NCBI GenBank assembly: GCA_951406725.2
Contig: OX597839.1
Location: 10,168,001 to 10,232,000, forward strand
Direction: 5' to 3'
Source: Octopus vulgaris
Taxonomy: Eukaryota
Length of the DNA: 64,000 nucleotides
Shown here: positions 50,728 to 64,000 of the stretch, piece after piece
How positions within the stretch are numbered: the first letter of the stretch is position 1
How the letters are laid out: each line of letters opens with the position of its first letter
Translations under genes and position numbers: made by a program
The notes under the pieces: generated by a model
The model's input: the letters and a program-made list of their open reading frames with translations, nothing else
Told to the model about the DNA's origin: nothing
Databases searched by the model: none

Positions 50728-52345
50728 TCTTAGTGTTTGTATATGAATTCTTTTTGCACGTTTTATCCTATCATCTACAAGCGAAGTTGGCCAGTGTCTT
50801 TTGACGAGTATGCTTTTAAGTTCTTGTAGTCTGAGTTCTCTATTGTATTTTTTTTTCGACACTACAGTGCAGATTCTTCTCGCTAGATTGAATGGGATAT
50901 TTATTTTAATGTCTCGGGTGGCATGAGCTAAATATTAAGTATTGTTTCGAATCTGTAGTTTTGTGAAATATGTCGGTTTCTGTTTTTTAAATTTACTTTT
51001 TTGATTAGTATATCTAGAAAAGGGAGTTCCTTTTTTCTTTGTTGCGTTCCATTGTGAATTGTATATTTGTATTTATGCTATTGAGAAATCTTTTGAATTC
51101 CAAAAGTTTCTCCATCTTCTCATTTCATAGAATGAAATAGTCATCCAAATATCTCTTCCAATTTTCCTTAATGTATTGGGAAAGAAAATTTCCGAACTTA
51201 GTGAGTGACTCCTGACATACTGTTAGTTCCAAATAGCCCATTGTCAGGTTTGCAAGAACGGGGTCAGCCGCGGTTCCCATCGCAAATCCATATTTCCGTC
51301 GGTATACAGTGGTGTCCAACATGAAGTGATTTCGTTTGAGAATAAATTTTAATGATTGCTAATACGTTCCGGCATTTCTTCTGGATATTTTCCCACCTAG
51401 AACTGAGTTGCTTCTTGCTCATCATTATGGGAGATATTAGTATACGGGTTTACAACATTAAAGGAGACCATAAGTGTTTTTTCCTTTACTCTTTTTGGAA
51501 GGTGGTTCAACATGTCCAAACCACCTCTAACGTAACCTTTAATATATTTCAAAAGGGTGTCAATGAAATAACTCAGTCGGTGCGCTTCACAGGACGATCC
51601 AGCTATAATAGGTCTTAGTTCAACGTCTCCTGGTGTTGGTATATGTATGTATGACTTCGGTGATTTTTTAATTGCTTCATTTACAATATGGCTTTTATGA
51701 ATTTTCGGTAAGTCATAGAAGAGGCTGGGTTTACATTTAAAGTTAGTTACGCAGTCGATTTCTTTTTCATTAGGCCTTTTCCGTGTAGTTGAACTAATGT
51801 CGAGAGGCTTTTCATTATTGATTGGGGATTGTAGTCTTCGATCATTTCGTAGTAATCTTCATTATTCAGCATGGCTACTACTAGGTTTTTGTAGTAGTCC
51901 GTGTTCATCACTACCACCGCACTCCCTTTATCGGCTTCTTTAATAAAAAGACCTTTACAATAGCCCAGAAAGGAGCAAACAATTAAATTATGATAGAAAG
52001 AAATTAACCGAACGCCTGACCGATCAGAAACAAAAAAAAAATAATATAAATCCATTTCAGCGTTAATTCAATTAACTCTTTCCATTGGGTAGTGCTGAAT
52101 TTAGAGTTAATTTCTTGTTTGTGCAGGGTGTGGTAAGAGAAGTTTTAACATGGTTTCACAACACGTGGAGTGTTTTATGTCTATCTTTGTGTGGGATGTG
52201 GTTGCTTTTGTTTTTAACTAGTGAATCATCTTCGATATTAGAATTAACTTGTGCCTCTGTAAGTCTTAGTCTTCTGCAGGAATACGTTATACTAACTTTA
52301 ATTTCATTTTAGGGTGAATTTTAGACCTTTTGAGTGTATATTGAT
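50728..52345 (-). pseudogene. Penelope-like element reverse transcriptase, frameshifted
   Basis: IKEADKGSAVVVMN, FYDLPKIHK, LRPIIAG, SFNVVNPYTNI, GFAMGTAADPVLANLTMGYLE, WKRYLDDYF, IQFTME, LPFLDI, SSCHPRH...IPFNLARRI. Confidence 0.92.
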
Positions 52346-52354
52346 CTTTGTATG

Positions 52355-52468
<114 letters not shown>

Positions 52469-53100
52469 CCAAACCCAGGAGTTGTACAATATACAACATC
52501 ACCACTATGCATATATATACATATATACACACATAAACACACTCCAAACAAACACGTACACATACATAAACACACAAACACACATACATATATGTAATAA
52601 AAGGATAATAGCGCTACTAGGTACTGCATACTCTACAAAGAGTCCATCCACACATACATTTATATATGAATACATACATGCACTCACCTCTATATTACAT
52701 ATAAATACACATCACAAACACACATACGTACACATACACACACACACATACACACTCACACACACATACATACACACCGGAAAATAAGGACTACTAGGCA
52801 GTTGTACACTTACTTGATATCGAATATTCTACAACTTGCATACACACATACACAAGCACACAAATGCATATATATACAATAAGAAAATTGGACCATCAAT
52901 TCCTGCATACACAGACGCACGCACGCACACACACACATAGACACACACAACACACACACACACGCACACGTTGCATAAATTACTTCAATAAAACAGAAAA
53001 TAGGAAAGTAAAAACAAAACTCTGCACATACCCTCGGTCCACAGAGAGATGTGTTCCGTTGTGCAGTGAAAGCATGTTATAAAAACAAGACTCCCGAATA

Positions 53101-53101
<1 letters not shown>

Positions 53102-53154
<53 letters not shown>

Positions 53155-53219
53155 TAATAATAATAATAATAATAATAATGATAAAAATAATAATAATAAT
53201 AATGATAATAATAATAATG

Positions 53220-53304
<85 letters not shown>

Positions 53305-53490
53305 TAATAATAATAATAATAATAATGATAAAAATAATAATAATAATAATAATAATGATAATAATAATAATGATAATAATAATAATGATAATAATAATAA
53401 TGATAATAATAATGATAATAATAATGATAATAATAGTAATAATAATAATAATAATAATAATATATGATAATAATAATAATAATAATAATA

Positions 53491-53540
<50 letters not shown>
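53102..53540. repeat. (TAA)n microsatellite with TGA variants
   Basis: Direct reading. Confidence 0.95.
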
Positions 53541-53541
<1 letters not shown>

Positions 53542-53744
53542 CCCATCTACTATAGGCACAAATACTGATATTTGAGGGCAGGGGCTTGTCAATTACATCG
53601 ACCCCGGCGTCCATCTGGTACTTCTTTATAGACTGGAAGGATGACCTCGGTGGAATTTGCCACAATCATCCATCTTTTCACAAACACACTGGGAGGTAGC
53701 ACACCACTTTCCACCCTCACTTTTCTTTCCCAATGGAACTTAAA

Positions 53745-54235
53745 AAAGTCGATGCGGGGTTTGTCCGAAGAGGAAGGTGTCCTTTCTCAATCTGGGATTT
53801 TAACATGCAGTGCGACCAAGTCATAGAGGAGAGACGACCAGATATCATGCTCATCCATAAAGATAAAAAAGATGTACAGATAATAGATGTCGCAATACTA
53901 ATCGATTCGTGGGTGAAATGTAAGGAAACAGAAAAGATTGAGAAATACCAGCCACTGCGGGACGAGATAGGAAAGTTATGGCGCATGAGGAAAGAAATGG
54001 TGATACCAGTGGTAACTGGCGCATTAGGAGCAATTTTCAAGGACCTTGAAAAACATATTAAGAATATTGGAGCTGCTGTCAGGCTCGAGGTGATCCAGAA
54101 GACAGCATTGTTGGGTACAGCTCGTATTCTCTTTGAGTCACAGGAAAAGGCACTACTTGAAACCTTTGATGATTTGTTGTTGCCTGCTTTCAAGTAAAGA
54201 AAAACCGGTAATTAAGAGCTATCCGAGAGGCTTTC

Positions 54236-54237
<2 letters not shown>
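53745..54237 (+). mobile_element. R4/Dong-clade LINE 3' end followed by (TAA)n
   Basis: IWDFNMQCDQVIEERRPDI...IIDVAI..EKIEKYQPL..VIPVVTGALG..IQKTALLGTARIL. Confidence 0.88.
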
Positions 54238-54285
<48 letters not shown>

Positions 54286-54436
54286 TAATTCTTTTATTGG
54301 CCACAAGGGCTGACAAAAATTAATTATAACATAAAGGGACAAAACAGGACGAAAGGTTACAAAGGGTTTTGTCCGTTTGTAAAAAACCGCGTAAAAACAG
54401 TGTAACAACGAAATATTACAACAACGAAAAACTCCC

Positions 54437-54484
<48 letters not shown>

Positions 54485-55160
54485 CATAATAATAATAATA
54501 ATAAATGCCCTGATGCAGTACCAGGCAGTGACTCTCATGGCTTCTGATCTTAACTGATTGGAAGTGTTATCATGTACATTGTTTTGTCTTGGTATAAAAG
54601 ATGGGCTACAGCAAATATTCTGCTCAATACCACAGATTTGCTTGACAGTTGTTTGACCGTAACCGGTTGAGCATGTCCCTTAGTGGCTGACGATATGTGC
54701 ATCTCTGATCACGAGCAGAAGTAGTGGGGAGCATCATAGCCATGTGTTGAGAGGGATTCTTTGGAGTTTGGATAATTCACCTTTGGAAACATGAGTGTTT
54801 CGTTCAACATCCTTAAACAATCCTTATTCAGGGACCATTTGATCGGGATGGGCTACTCAGGCGAAGTTGAACTCGGAGGAATTTGAACTCAGAATGTAAA
54901 GACAGGCGAAATGCCCGACCAGCTAACGGTTGTGCCAAGTCACCGTCTTAACAGTAACAATTACAGTAACACTAATGATGATGATAGTGGTGATGATGAT
55001 GACGACGACGATGATGACGATAATGGTTGATGATAATGATAGTGGCAATGATGATGGTAGCTTTAAAATTACTCTTAAAATAAAAATTGTTACAAATAAG
55101 AAGAATTAAAAGACAACACATTTGTTCCTCATATTCCTTCTTAGCATGCATTTCTGTGAT

Positions 55161-55177
55161 GCGCCCTCTGGTGGCCA
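55161..55177 (-). promoter_or_regulatory. CTCF consensus-like site
   Basis: Minus strand reads TGGCCACCAGAGGGCGC in otherwise AT-rich sequence. Confidence 0.55.
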
Positions 55178-55543
55178 ATAAAATGTCCATATTTATTTTT
55201 TATTTTTACACAGTTTTTCTTATTATTATGTCGTTTATAGATTGTTTTCGTATCGTTTTTAGATAGATTTTTACGTCCATTTTAGCATTTTAAATATTCT
55301 TTTGACTGTTAAAAATATTTCGAAATCCTACAGATTGTTTTTAATTTTTCAGCAAGAATTTAGAAGTCACAACACACACAAATATATATGCATATATATA
55401 TATATATATATATAATATATATGTATATATTTATATATACGTATATACATGCACACATATGTATGTATGCATGTATGCATGCATGTATGTATGTATGTAT
55501 GTATGTATGTATGTATGTATGTATGTATGTATGTATGCGTGTA

Positions 55544-55601
<58 letters not shown>

Positions 55602-56082
55602 AAGAGTACACAAGTAAGAGAACTGGAAAGGAGTTGCAGCTGGTACTCACATTTAAAATTTCTCCTGAGTATTGTCTATCTATAACTTATTTCCATTCTT
55701 AGTAAAAGCAATATTTTTAAAGTAAAATATCTTTTCTATGTTCAACCCTAGAGAAATCGTAAAAATGTTATTTTTTTAAGAAAAAGGACAACAAAACAAA
55801 GCATTTATTTAATTAAATCGTTCCAGAGAGACCATCCCACGTGAACAACGTGTCAACGAGGGAACTTCAATGTGGTTACTTGATTTGCTAAAAATAACAA
55901 AGCTCTTTACCCTCATTATTGTCTTAAAATCGGAAGGACATGTAGGACAATATAGGCCTTAATATACGCAAAGCTGGGATCATCATCGCTGGAATATCTT
56001 TAAGCATAGGTCTGAGGTTGACCTGGTTTTTGGATATAGGTACAAGCTTGCAAAATGGGATTTGAACTGCGAATGTAAATGC

Positions 56083-56301
56083 CGAGCTGACAGAATCGTT
56101 AGCACGCCGGGCGAAATGCGTAGCCGTATTTCGTCTGACGTTACGTTCTAAGTTCAAATTCCACCGAGGTCGACTTTGCCTTTCATCCTTTCGGGGTGGA
56201 TTAAATAAGTACCAGTTACGCACTGGGGTCGATATAATCCGTTTGTCTGTCCTTTGTTTGCCCCCTCTGTGTTTAGCCCCTTGTGGGTAGTAAAGAAATA
56301 G
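56083..56301 (+). mobile_element. SINE family B, full length (decayed minus-strand copy at 56410-56590)
   Basis: Family B consensus with the same tail as 7912-8130. Confidence 0.85.
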
Positions 56302-56749
56302 AATGTAAATGAGTCGGGACCATTATTACCACAAGGTATTTCCGACGCGCTAGTTTATTCCACCACGATTCTATAACAATTGTTTTAAACAATTATGACG
56401 CCAGGTTAGCAGTTTTAGTGTGGAGAGATTAGTTGAGTACATCAACCCAGTACTTGACTGGTACTTTACTTTGTCGATCTTCAAAGGACGTAAAGCAAAG
56501 TCGACCTTGCTGGAATTTGAACTCAGAGCGTAAACATTTGGAAGAAATGCAGCAAAGCATTTTGTTCGACCCACAAAACGATTCTACCAATCCAACGATC
56601 TCCTGTATTTAAGTTATAATAGTAACCATATCAACAACTGCAGCAACAATGACCAAAACTTAGGGTTAACGTAATAAAAGAAGGCGGAAGAATTAAACAC
56701 GCAAGGAGAAATTAACAGACGATTAGAAAAGATATAAATGTTTTTTTTA

Positions 56750-57450
56750 TTTTTAATTTAATTTTTATTTGCTCAAAAAGCAAAAGTAAGGCCATGTAGG
56801 GGGACAGGGAGTTATGTACAGGGAGGGTGGTCATACAAAGAGTTCAGGCCATTTCTGGTCAAGAGAGACTTTGAACCGAGCGGTCGTCGGCATCTTCACT
56901 ATCTCGTCCGGCAGCTTATTCCACGGATCCGCAACCCGGACGGAGAAAGCCCCTCTCCTTCAATTGAGATGAAATCGTCGAAGATAGAGCTTTTCGGAGT
57001 GACCCCACAGCCCACGCTCTGGAGCAGGAGTGAAGAACAGCTCTTTCGAGAGGTTGCACTTTCCGCTTATGTTGTGAGCGAGAATGAGAACACCACGGCG
57101 TCGTCGTTTTTCGAGAGAATAAAGGTCGAGCGTCTTCAGCCTTTCTTCATAAGACAAATGCTTGAGACCAAGAACCATGCGGGTAGCCAGCTTCTGGACT
57201 CTTTCGAGATGCTGTATGTCTTTGAGGAGATAAGGAGAAGAGGCTTGAATCCCGTACACCAATATGGGTCTCACGAGCGTGACATAGAGCGGTAGGAATA
57301 TGGCTGCTGTGAGCATTCCGAATGACCGTCGAATCAAAAACAGAACTCCGTGTGCTTTGTTGGCAGCATGGACGCATTGGCCCAAAGGCGAAAAGGAAGA
57401 ATCCACCAAGATACCCAGGTCCTTTACTTGGTCGGTCTTCTCCCCAACCA
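56750..57450 (-). mobile_element. CR1-clade LINE 3' part
   Basis: VKDLGIL..LYVTLVRPIL.YG..LERVQKLATRMV.GLKHLSYEERLKTLDLYSLEKRR..FSVRVADPWNKLP; short A-rich tail. Confidence 0.92.
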
Positions 57451-58014
57451 TTTCTATTTTTCCAACATAACAAATATATGTATCTCTGTACAATTTTGTT
57501 TAGTAATTTACTCCAGCACTAATTCGGCAAGCTAAAGACAAAGCCAATGAGCTAATGAAGACAGAAAATAAGAGTAGAAACCAGTTCGGACTTGTCTTAT
57601 GTACATTCCATGTTCAGACATAGACTGTGTTACAGTAAGGTTATTTGTTTAGATATACACTACGTTGAAGGCGCGTGACTTACAGGTTAGAGTATTCGGT
57701 TCACGATAACAAGGTCGTGAGTTCAATTCCTGGCAGCACGTTGTATCCTTGAGCGGGATATTTTATTTTACGTTGCTCCAGTCCTCTCAGCTGGCAAAAA
57801 ATGAGTTGTACTCGCTTTTCAAAGGGCCATGACACGTACCGCTTTTCAAAGTGTACGTATCTATGGAGTGATTTTCAAAGTACTGCTTTTCAAAGGTTTC
57901 GTGTCTATGGAGTGCTTAACCACTTGCACATCGTCGCCACCATTGTCATCGTCGTCCTCATCGTTGTCGACGTCACCGCCGTTGTAATCACATATATATG
58001 CATATATCTATGTG

Positions 58015-58201
58015 TGTGTCTATGTCTGTATGTCCCTCATATCACCGCTTGACTACTGCTGTTTGTGTGTCTACGGACTCGTAACTTAGCGATTCGGCAT
58101 AGAATAAGTACTACGCTTTAAAAAGTCCTGGGGTCGATTTGCTCGACTGAAGGCGGTGTTCCAGCATGCCCACAGTCAAATGACTAAAACAAGTAAAAGA
58201 G
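58015..58201 (+). mobile_element. SINE family A, 3' half
   Basis: Family A tail. Confidence 0.75.
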
Positions 58202-58203
58202 TA

Positions 58204-58275
<72 letters not shown>

Positions 58276-58344
58276 CATCCATCCATCCATCCATCCATCC
58301 ATCCATCCATCCATCCATCCATCCATCCATCCATCCATCCATCC

Positions 58345-58416
<72 letters not shown>

Positions 58417-58586
58417 GTATGTATGTATGTATATATATATATATACGCACACAGTTATGGTTTGTTGAGAACCTTGTAGAGCACAGTATAAAGCATGCCT
58501 GGAGAACTACGTTGTGTGGAAACAATTGTAGTGATTAAAAAAATAAATGTCCAACCGTACTCCTTGTTGACTCCAAGTTTTTCAAT

Positions 58587-58641
<55 letters not shown>

Positions 58642-58642
58642 G

Positions 58643-58770
58643 CGGCGAGCTGGCAGAAACGTTAGCACGCCGGGCGAAATGCGTAGCTGTATTTCGTCTG
58701 AATCGACTTAATCCGTTTGTCTGACCTTGTTTGTCCCGTCTGTGTTTAGCCTTGTGGGTAGTAAAGAAAT
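58643..58770 (+). mobile_element. SINE family B with internal deletion
   Basis: Head joined directly to tail relative to 56083-56301. Confidence 0.75.
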
Positions 58771-58867
58771 ATATATATATATACACACACATGTATATAT
58801 AGATTACACGATGCTGATGTCTACCTACTATGCATATATGAATGTGTGTGTGTGAGTGAGTGTCTGA

Positions 58868-58913
<46 letters not shown>

Positions 58914-59341
58914 ACATGTAGTAATAGTAGTAGTAAGGGTAGGTAGGTAGCAATGTCGTGTAAAAATGGTGATTTATGGAAGGAGACAAATTTGGCATTG
59001 AAAATGCAAAACTAATCACAAGATTATAATTATGGTTGTCTGCTAGAATATAATCCGAAAGATGTGGTGGTAGCGGTGTGAGGCATGCGATGTGGTAAGG
59101 GATGTAGGGGTGTGATGAGGAAGAACGCTGCCAGCTTCTCTCATCCTTTTTCAAGTTTCTTCAATCAGAATCTTCTGACAATTTCTTCAGACACATACCA
59201 GCCTTTGTTTACGATATGCTGACAGGATCGAATCTCGAGTTAAGCCAAGAGAATATCAGAGATGCTAAATGGGAGCGGTGTCTAGTTTCAGAAAACTCTG
59301 GTGGTTCCCATGGTCGCGTTTGTCAGAGGAAGGAGCGGGTT

Positions 59342-59385
<44 letters not shown>

Positions 59386-59714
59386 TATCCTCCTCATCAT
59401 CATCATTATCCTCATCATCCTCATCCTGATCATTGTCGTCGTCGTCGTCTTCATCATCATCATGGTTATGATCATCATCATGGTTATGATCATCATCATC
59501 ATCGTCATCATGATCATCATCATCTAGATCATCATCGTTATCATTGTCCTCCTCCTCCATCTCCCCTCCTCCTCTTCTCTTCCGTTCATCCTCCCTCTCT
59601 TCCCCTCCTCCTCCCTCTCTTCCCCTCCTCCTCCCTCTCTTCCCCTCCTCCTCCTCCTCCTCCTCCTCCTCATCATCATCATCACCTTACCCCCCATCAC
59701 CATTATCATCATTA

Positions 59715-60225
59715 CTGGTTAGCGTATTGCTCTCACGATCGCGAGATCGTGGTTTCGATTTCCGGATCGGGTGGCGCGTTGTGTTCTTGTGCAAAAGAAA
59801 AAAACTTCATTTGACGTGAATCCAGTCCATTCAGCCTGTAAAAGGGTTACTCTGCAACGGAACTGCCTTCCGATCAGAGGCAATGTTGGCCTACTAACCT
59901 AGCCAGCGGGGTGGCAACATTCGAAGACTAAAACGATGCAAAGTGCATTGTGACAAGCGTGTATAACAATATCTGAAGTCTGGTCGATCACGGGATCACG
60001 ATTATTACCAAGGTGTCGAGCTGGCAGAATCGTTAGCACGCCGAGCAAAATACTTAGTTGTATTTTGTCCGTCTCCTCGTTCTGAGTTCAAATTCCGCCG
60101 AGGCCGACTTTGCCTTTTTTCCTTTCGGGGTCGATAAAATAAGTACCAGTTTAACACTGAGGTCGATATAATCGACTTATCCCCGCCCCCAATATTTCAG
60201 ACTTTGTGCTTGTTGTAGAAAGGAT
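59715..60225 (+). mobile_element. SINE family D-like copy (59715-60000) followed by a family B copy (60011-60225)
   Basis: Shared tail cttagccagcggggtggc..cattcgaag.ctaaaa; family B consensus. Confidence 0.75.
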
Positions 60226-60268
60226 TATTATTATTATTAATGAGGTAGCGAACTGGCAGAATTGTTAA

Positions 60269-60447
60269 CAGGAGTGGCTGTGTGGTAAGTAGCTTGCTTA
60301 CCAACAACATGGTTCCGGGTTCAGTCCCACTGCGTGGCACCTTGGGCATGTGTCTTCTACTATGGCCTCGGGCGGACCAAAACCTTGTGAGTGGATTTGG
60401 TAGACGGAAACTGAAAGAAGCCCGTCGTTTATATGTATCTATATATG

Positions 60448-60479
<32 letters not shown>

Positions 60480-60486
60480 TCTATCA

Positions 60487-60585
<99 letters not shown>

Positions 60586-60899
60586 GTCGAACCGTCCAAC
60601 CCATGCTAGCATGGAGAACGGACGTTAAACGATGATGATGATGATGATGATATATATGTATGTATGTATATATACATGCATGTGTGTATGTTTGTGTGTC
60701 TGTGTTTGTCCCCCCATCATCGCTTGACAACCAATGCTTGTGTGTTTACGTCCCCGTAACTTAGCGGTTCGGCAAAAGAGACCGATAGAATAAGTATAAG
60801 GCTTACAAAGAATAAGTCCTGGGGTCAATTTGCTCGACTAAAGGCGGTACTCCAGCATGGCTGCAGTCAGATGACTGAAACAAGTAAAAGACTAAAAGA
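60269..60899 (+). mobile_element. SINE family A with a family F tail nested in its internal microsatellite
   Basis: Family A head and tail; insert at 60582-60650. Confidence 0.85.
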
Positions 60900-60984
60900 A
60901 GGTATTGTATTGCGTTAGTTCTTTTTTTCTCTTGCGGTGTGGTGCAGCCTTCTGCTGTATTGCTGTTTGTATTGTGTGTGGAGT

Positions 60985-61371
60985 GTGCAATGAGTTGGTT
61001 ATTTTGCTTACCGGTGGAAGTTTATTTCACTGGATAAGTGTTGTATAGAGTGTGTCTTGTGTTTGTGGGTTGTTTTCTTTAGGTTGTATTATTGAATTGA
61101 TAGTGTCTTGCATAGGATGTGGGCTCTTCCTAGCAGGGCTATTTTTTGGATTGTGTGTAGTGTTGAGGATCCAAGTATAGCTTCTATGTTTTGGCTCTAA
61201 TCTTTTTTTTTATCATGCACAATGCTCCAGTTATCGTTGGTATTGTTTTTACCTTCAAGCCCTATACCTTGAACACTTCAATTTCGAGGTCTTCATACTT
61301 CGACAACTTATCCATTTCTTTTGGGGTAATATTTTGATCAGAAGGGACTGCAGGTGTTTTTTTTCCAATCC

Positions 61372-61372
<1 letters not shown>
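60985..61372 (-). mobile_element. R4/Dong-clade LINE 3' end
   Basis: AVPSDQNITPKEMDKLSKYEDLEIE...PTITGALCMIKK...IQKIALLGRAHIL. Confidence 0.8.
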
Positions 61373-61428
<56 letters not shown>

Positions 61429-61628
61429 CAACAACAACAACAACAATAATAAATTCGTTTATTGGCCACAAGGGCTAACAAAAATCAATTAAAACATAAA
61501 GGGACAAAACACAGGACGAAAGTTACAAAGGGTTTTGTCCGTTTGAAAAAGGTCCGTGTACAAAAGCAGGATGACAACGAAATGTAAGTAACAATTAAAA
61601 CTCCCAATAGGGGGAGGCGCTTCGAAAG

Positions 61629-61692
<64 letters not shown>

Positions 61693-61709
61693 GTTATTGT
61701 TATTATTAA

Positions 61710-61925
61710 AGTGGTGAGCGGGTAGAATCGTTAGGATGCAGGGCAAAGATGCTTAGCTACATTACCTCCATCTTTGCATTCTTGGTTCAAATTCCGCTGG
61801 GGTCGACTTTGCCATTCGCCCTTTCGGGGACGATAAAATAAGTACCGGTTGAGCACTGGAATCGATATGATCGACTATCCCCTTCCTCCAATATTTCAGG
61901 CCTTGTGCCTGTAGTAGAAAGGATT
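61710..61925 (+). mobile_element. SINE family B between (TAA)/(ATT) tracts
   Basis: Family B consensus. Confidence 0.8.
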
Positions 61926-62624
61926 ATTATTATTATTATTATTATTATTTAATAATAATAATAATAATAGAAGAAGGAGAAGGCGGGTGTAATGTCGAAC
62001 GAATAGAGTAATGCCACCCAAGGAGTATGTGAGGGTGTGTCTGTGTAGTGTTTTCTTTGAAACTTGTTAACATCATACACGTGTTCGCTGACAACCCACC
62101 CCGGCCCACTACCACATAGCAGCGTTCAGCTCAGCAACCTCCCACCCCACATTCATTCCTGTAAATGGTGTTTGTGAGAGGGTGTAGGGTGGGTGGGTGT
62201 GGGTGGGGATGGGGAATGCTAGTGGAAAACGGGGTAAATAACAACAACAACAACAACAACAACAGCAACATCGTAAACATGAAGAAACATACACATCAAC
62301 AACGTATACATTAACATTTAACATCCAACAGCAACACACAAACAAACAAGCAAACAAACAGAAACAAGAGAGAAGTTAACAGCGACAACAAAACACAAGA
62401 GCTTAAAAAACAAAGCATGAAGACTTGTAGGAGAAAAATAAATTACATACGTCAGCTAACCAGGTCTCCTCCTCCTCCTCCTCCTCCTCCTCCTCCTCCT
62501 ACTCCGCCCTCGCCGTACCCTTCCCCACCCCTACACGGATTTATCGTACAACGACTTGCTTCAACCAACCCTATCGAGGGTGCATATGTATATACATACA
62601 TACATACATACATACATACATACA

Positions 62625-62656
<32 letters not shown>

Positions 62657-63403
62657 CACATATGTGTGTGTTTGTGTGTTTGCGTCCGTATTTATGTATA
62701 CATGTATATGTATATATATATATATACATATACAAATATATGTACATGTATACATACATATATCCATACATACATATACACATACCTATATCTCTATACA
62801 TACACACACACACACGCACACATATATTGATATATATATTCACACATACATATAACTACATATGTAAACATGTATATATACATCCATACATACATATTTA
62901 TGTATGTATAACTATATATATATATATATAAACTCATACACATACACACATACACACACATACATATATATATACACACACATATATAGATATATAGATA
63001 TATACATACACATATATATACATATATACATACATACATACATACACACATACGTATATATGTGTATATACTCACGCACACACATATGTATATATACATC
63101 TATACATATACAAACATACGCACATACACAGATACACACACATACACACACATACACACACGCACACACAAACATAGCCGCACATTACATGTAAGCAAGG
63201 GACATAGTACATCTCCCCCTGCAAAACGACCCCCGTCCCATCCACCACGACCACCCCGCCTAACCACATAACAAAAGAATGAATAAAATTGTGAGGAATC
63301 GTTCACTCGGAAATAGTTTCTTTTATCTTTTCAGGTTATTTTAATAACTTAGCGGCGGTTTGGTCCCCCTGGCAACTTCTCAACGAACACTGCATACTTC
63401 TGG

Positions 63404-63459
<56 letters not shown>

Positions 63460-63484
63460 ACACACGCACACATATATATATATT

Positions 63485-63535
<51 letters not shown>

Positions 63536-63582
63536 ATTTCCATATATACACATATATGTACGTATGAATGTATTTATATATG

Positions 63583-63615
<33 letters not shown>

Positions 63616-63821
63616 GTATATATGTATGTATGTATATATATTTGTATGTTTGTATGCATGTATATATATACATAACTATATATGTATGTAGATATGTATA
63701 TATATAACTGCATTTATATATACACATACATATTCATACGTATATATATGTATATATACATGTATATACATGTGTGTATATATATATACATATATTCACA
63801 CGTACATATATATATGTATAT

Positions 63822-63872
<51 letters not shown>

Positions 63873-64000
63873 TTCACACGTACATATATATATGTATATA
63901 TACATGTATATATATGTATATATATATGTATACACACATATATGTATATGTGTGTGTGTGTGTTTGTGTAAGCGCGCGTGCACGCATACACAAATATATA

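Noticed and set aside
62178-62216. G-quadruplex-like G tracts (also 10490-10575)
   Set aside because: Explained by low-complexity GT-rich sequence; no independent support.

Overview
Repeat-dense eukaryotic (animal) genomic DNA. The SINE families and the extreme (TA)n/(CA)n/(TAA)n load suggest an octopus genome, but that is inferred from repeat recognition. Only one host coding segment is convincing: a terminal exon at 345-1384 (+) encoding a G/P/Q/M/R/N-rich tail that resembles the C-terminus of WDR33, followed by its 3' UTR. The rest is tRNA-derived SINEs, decayed LINEs (Tx1/L1, R4/Dong, CR1, RTE), DNA transposons (Tc1/mariner, hAT, piggyBac MITE) and Penelope-like retroelements (PLEs; three RT relics and a GIY-YIG domain). 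Almost all ORFs in the supplied track are microsatellite translations. Two signals stand out. (1) About ten type-I hammerhead-ribozyme or hammerhead-like motifs from several families, mostly on short cassettes embedded in (TA)n tracts; two have canonical cores (36292-36374 and 42667-42757, minus) and one multi-copy family has a non-canonical core (CUGUYGA plus an extra A). (2) Five inverted duplications (49 to about 910 bp arms) whose right arm always runs into a (TA)n tract, the largest a 2-kb palindrome of a PLE GIY-YIG and hammerhead region. Repeat boundaries were read by eye and are approximate; family names come from motif recognition, not database searches.
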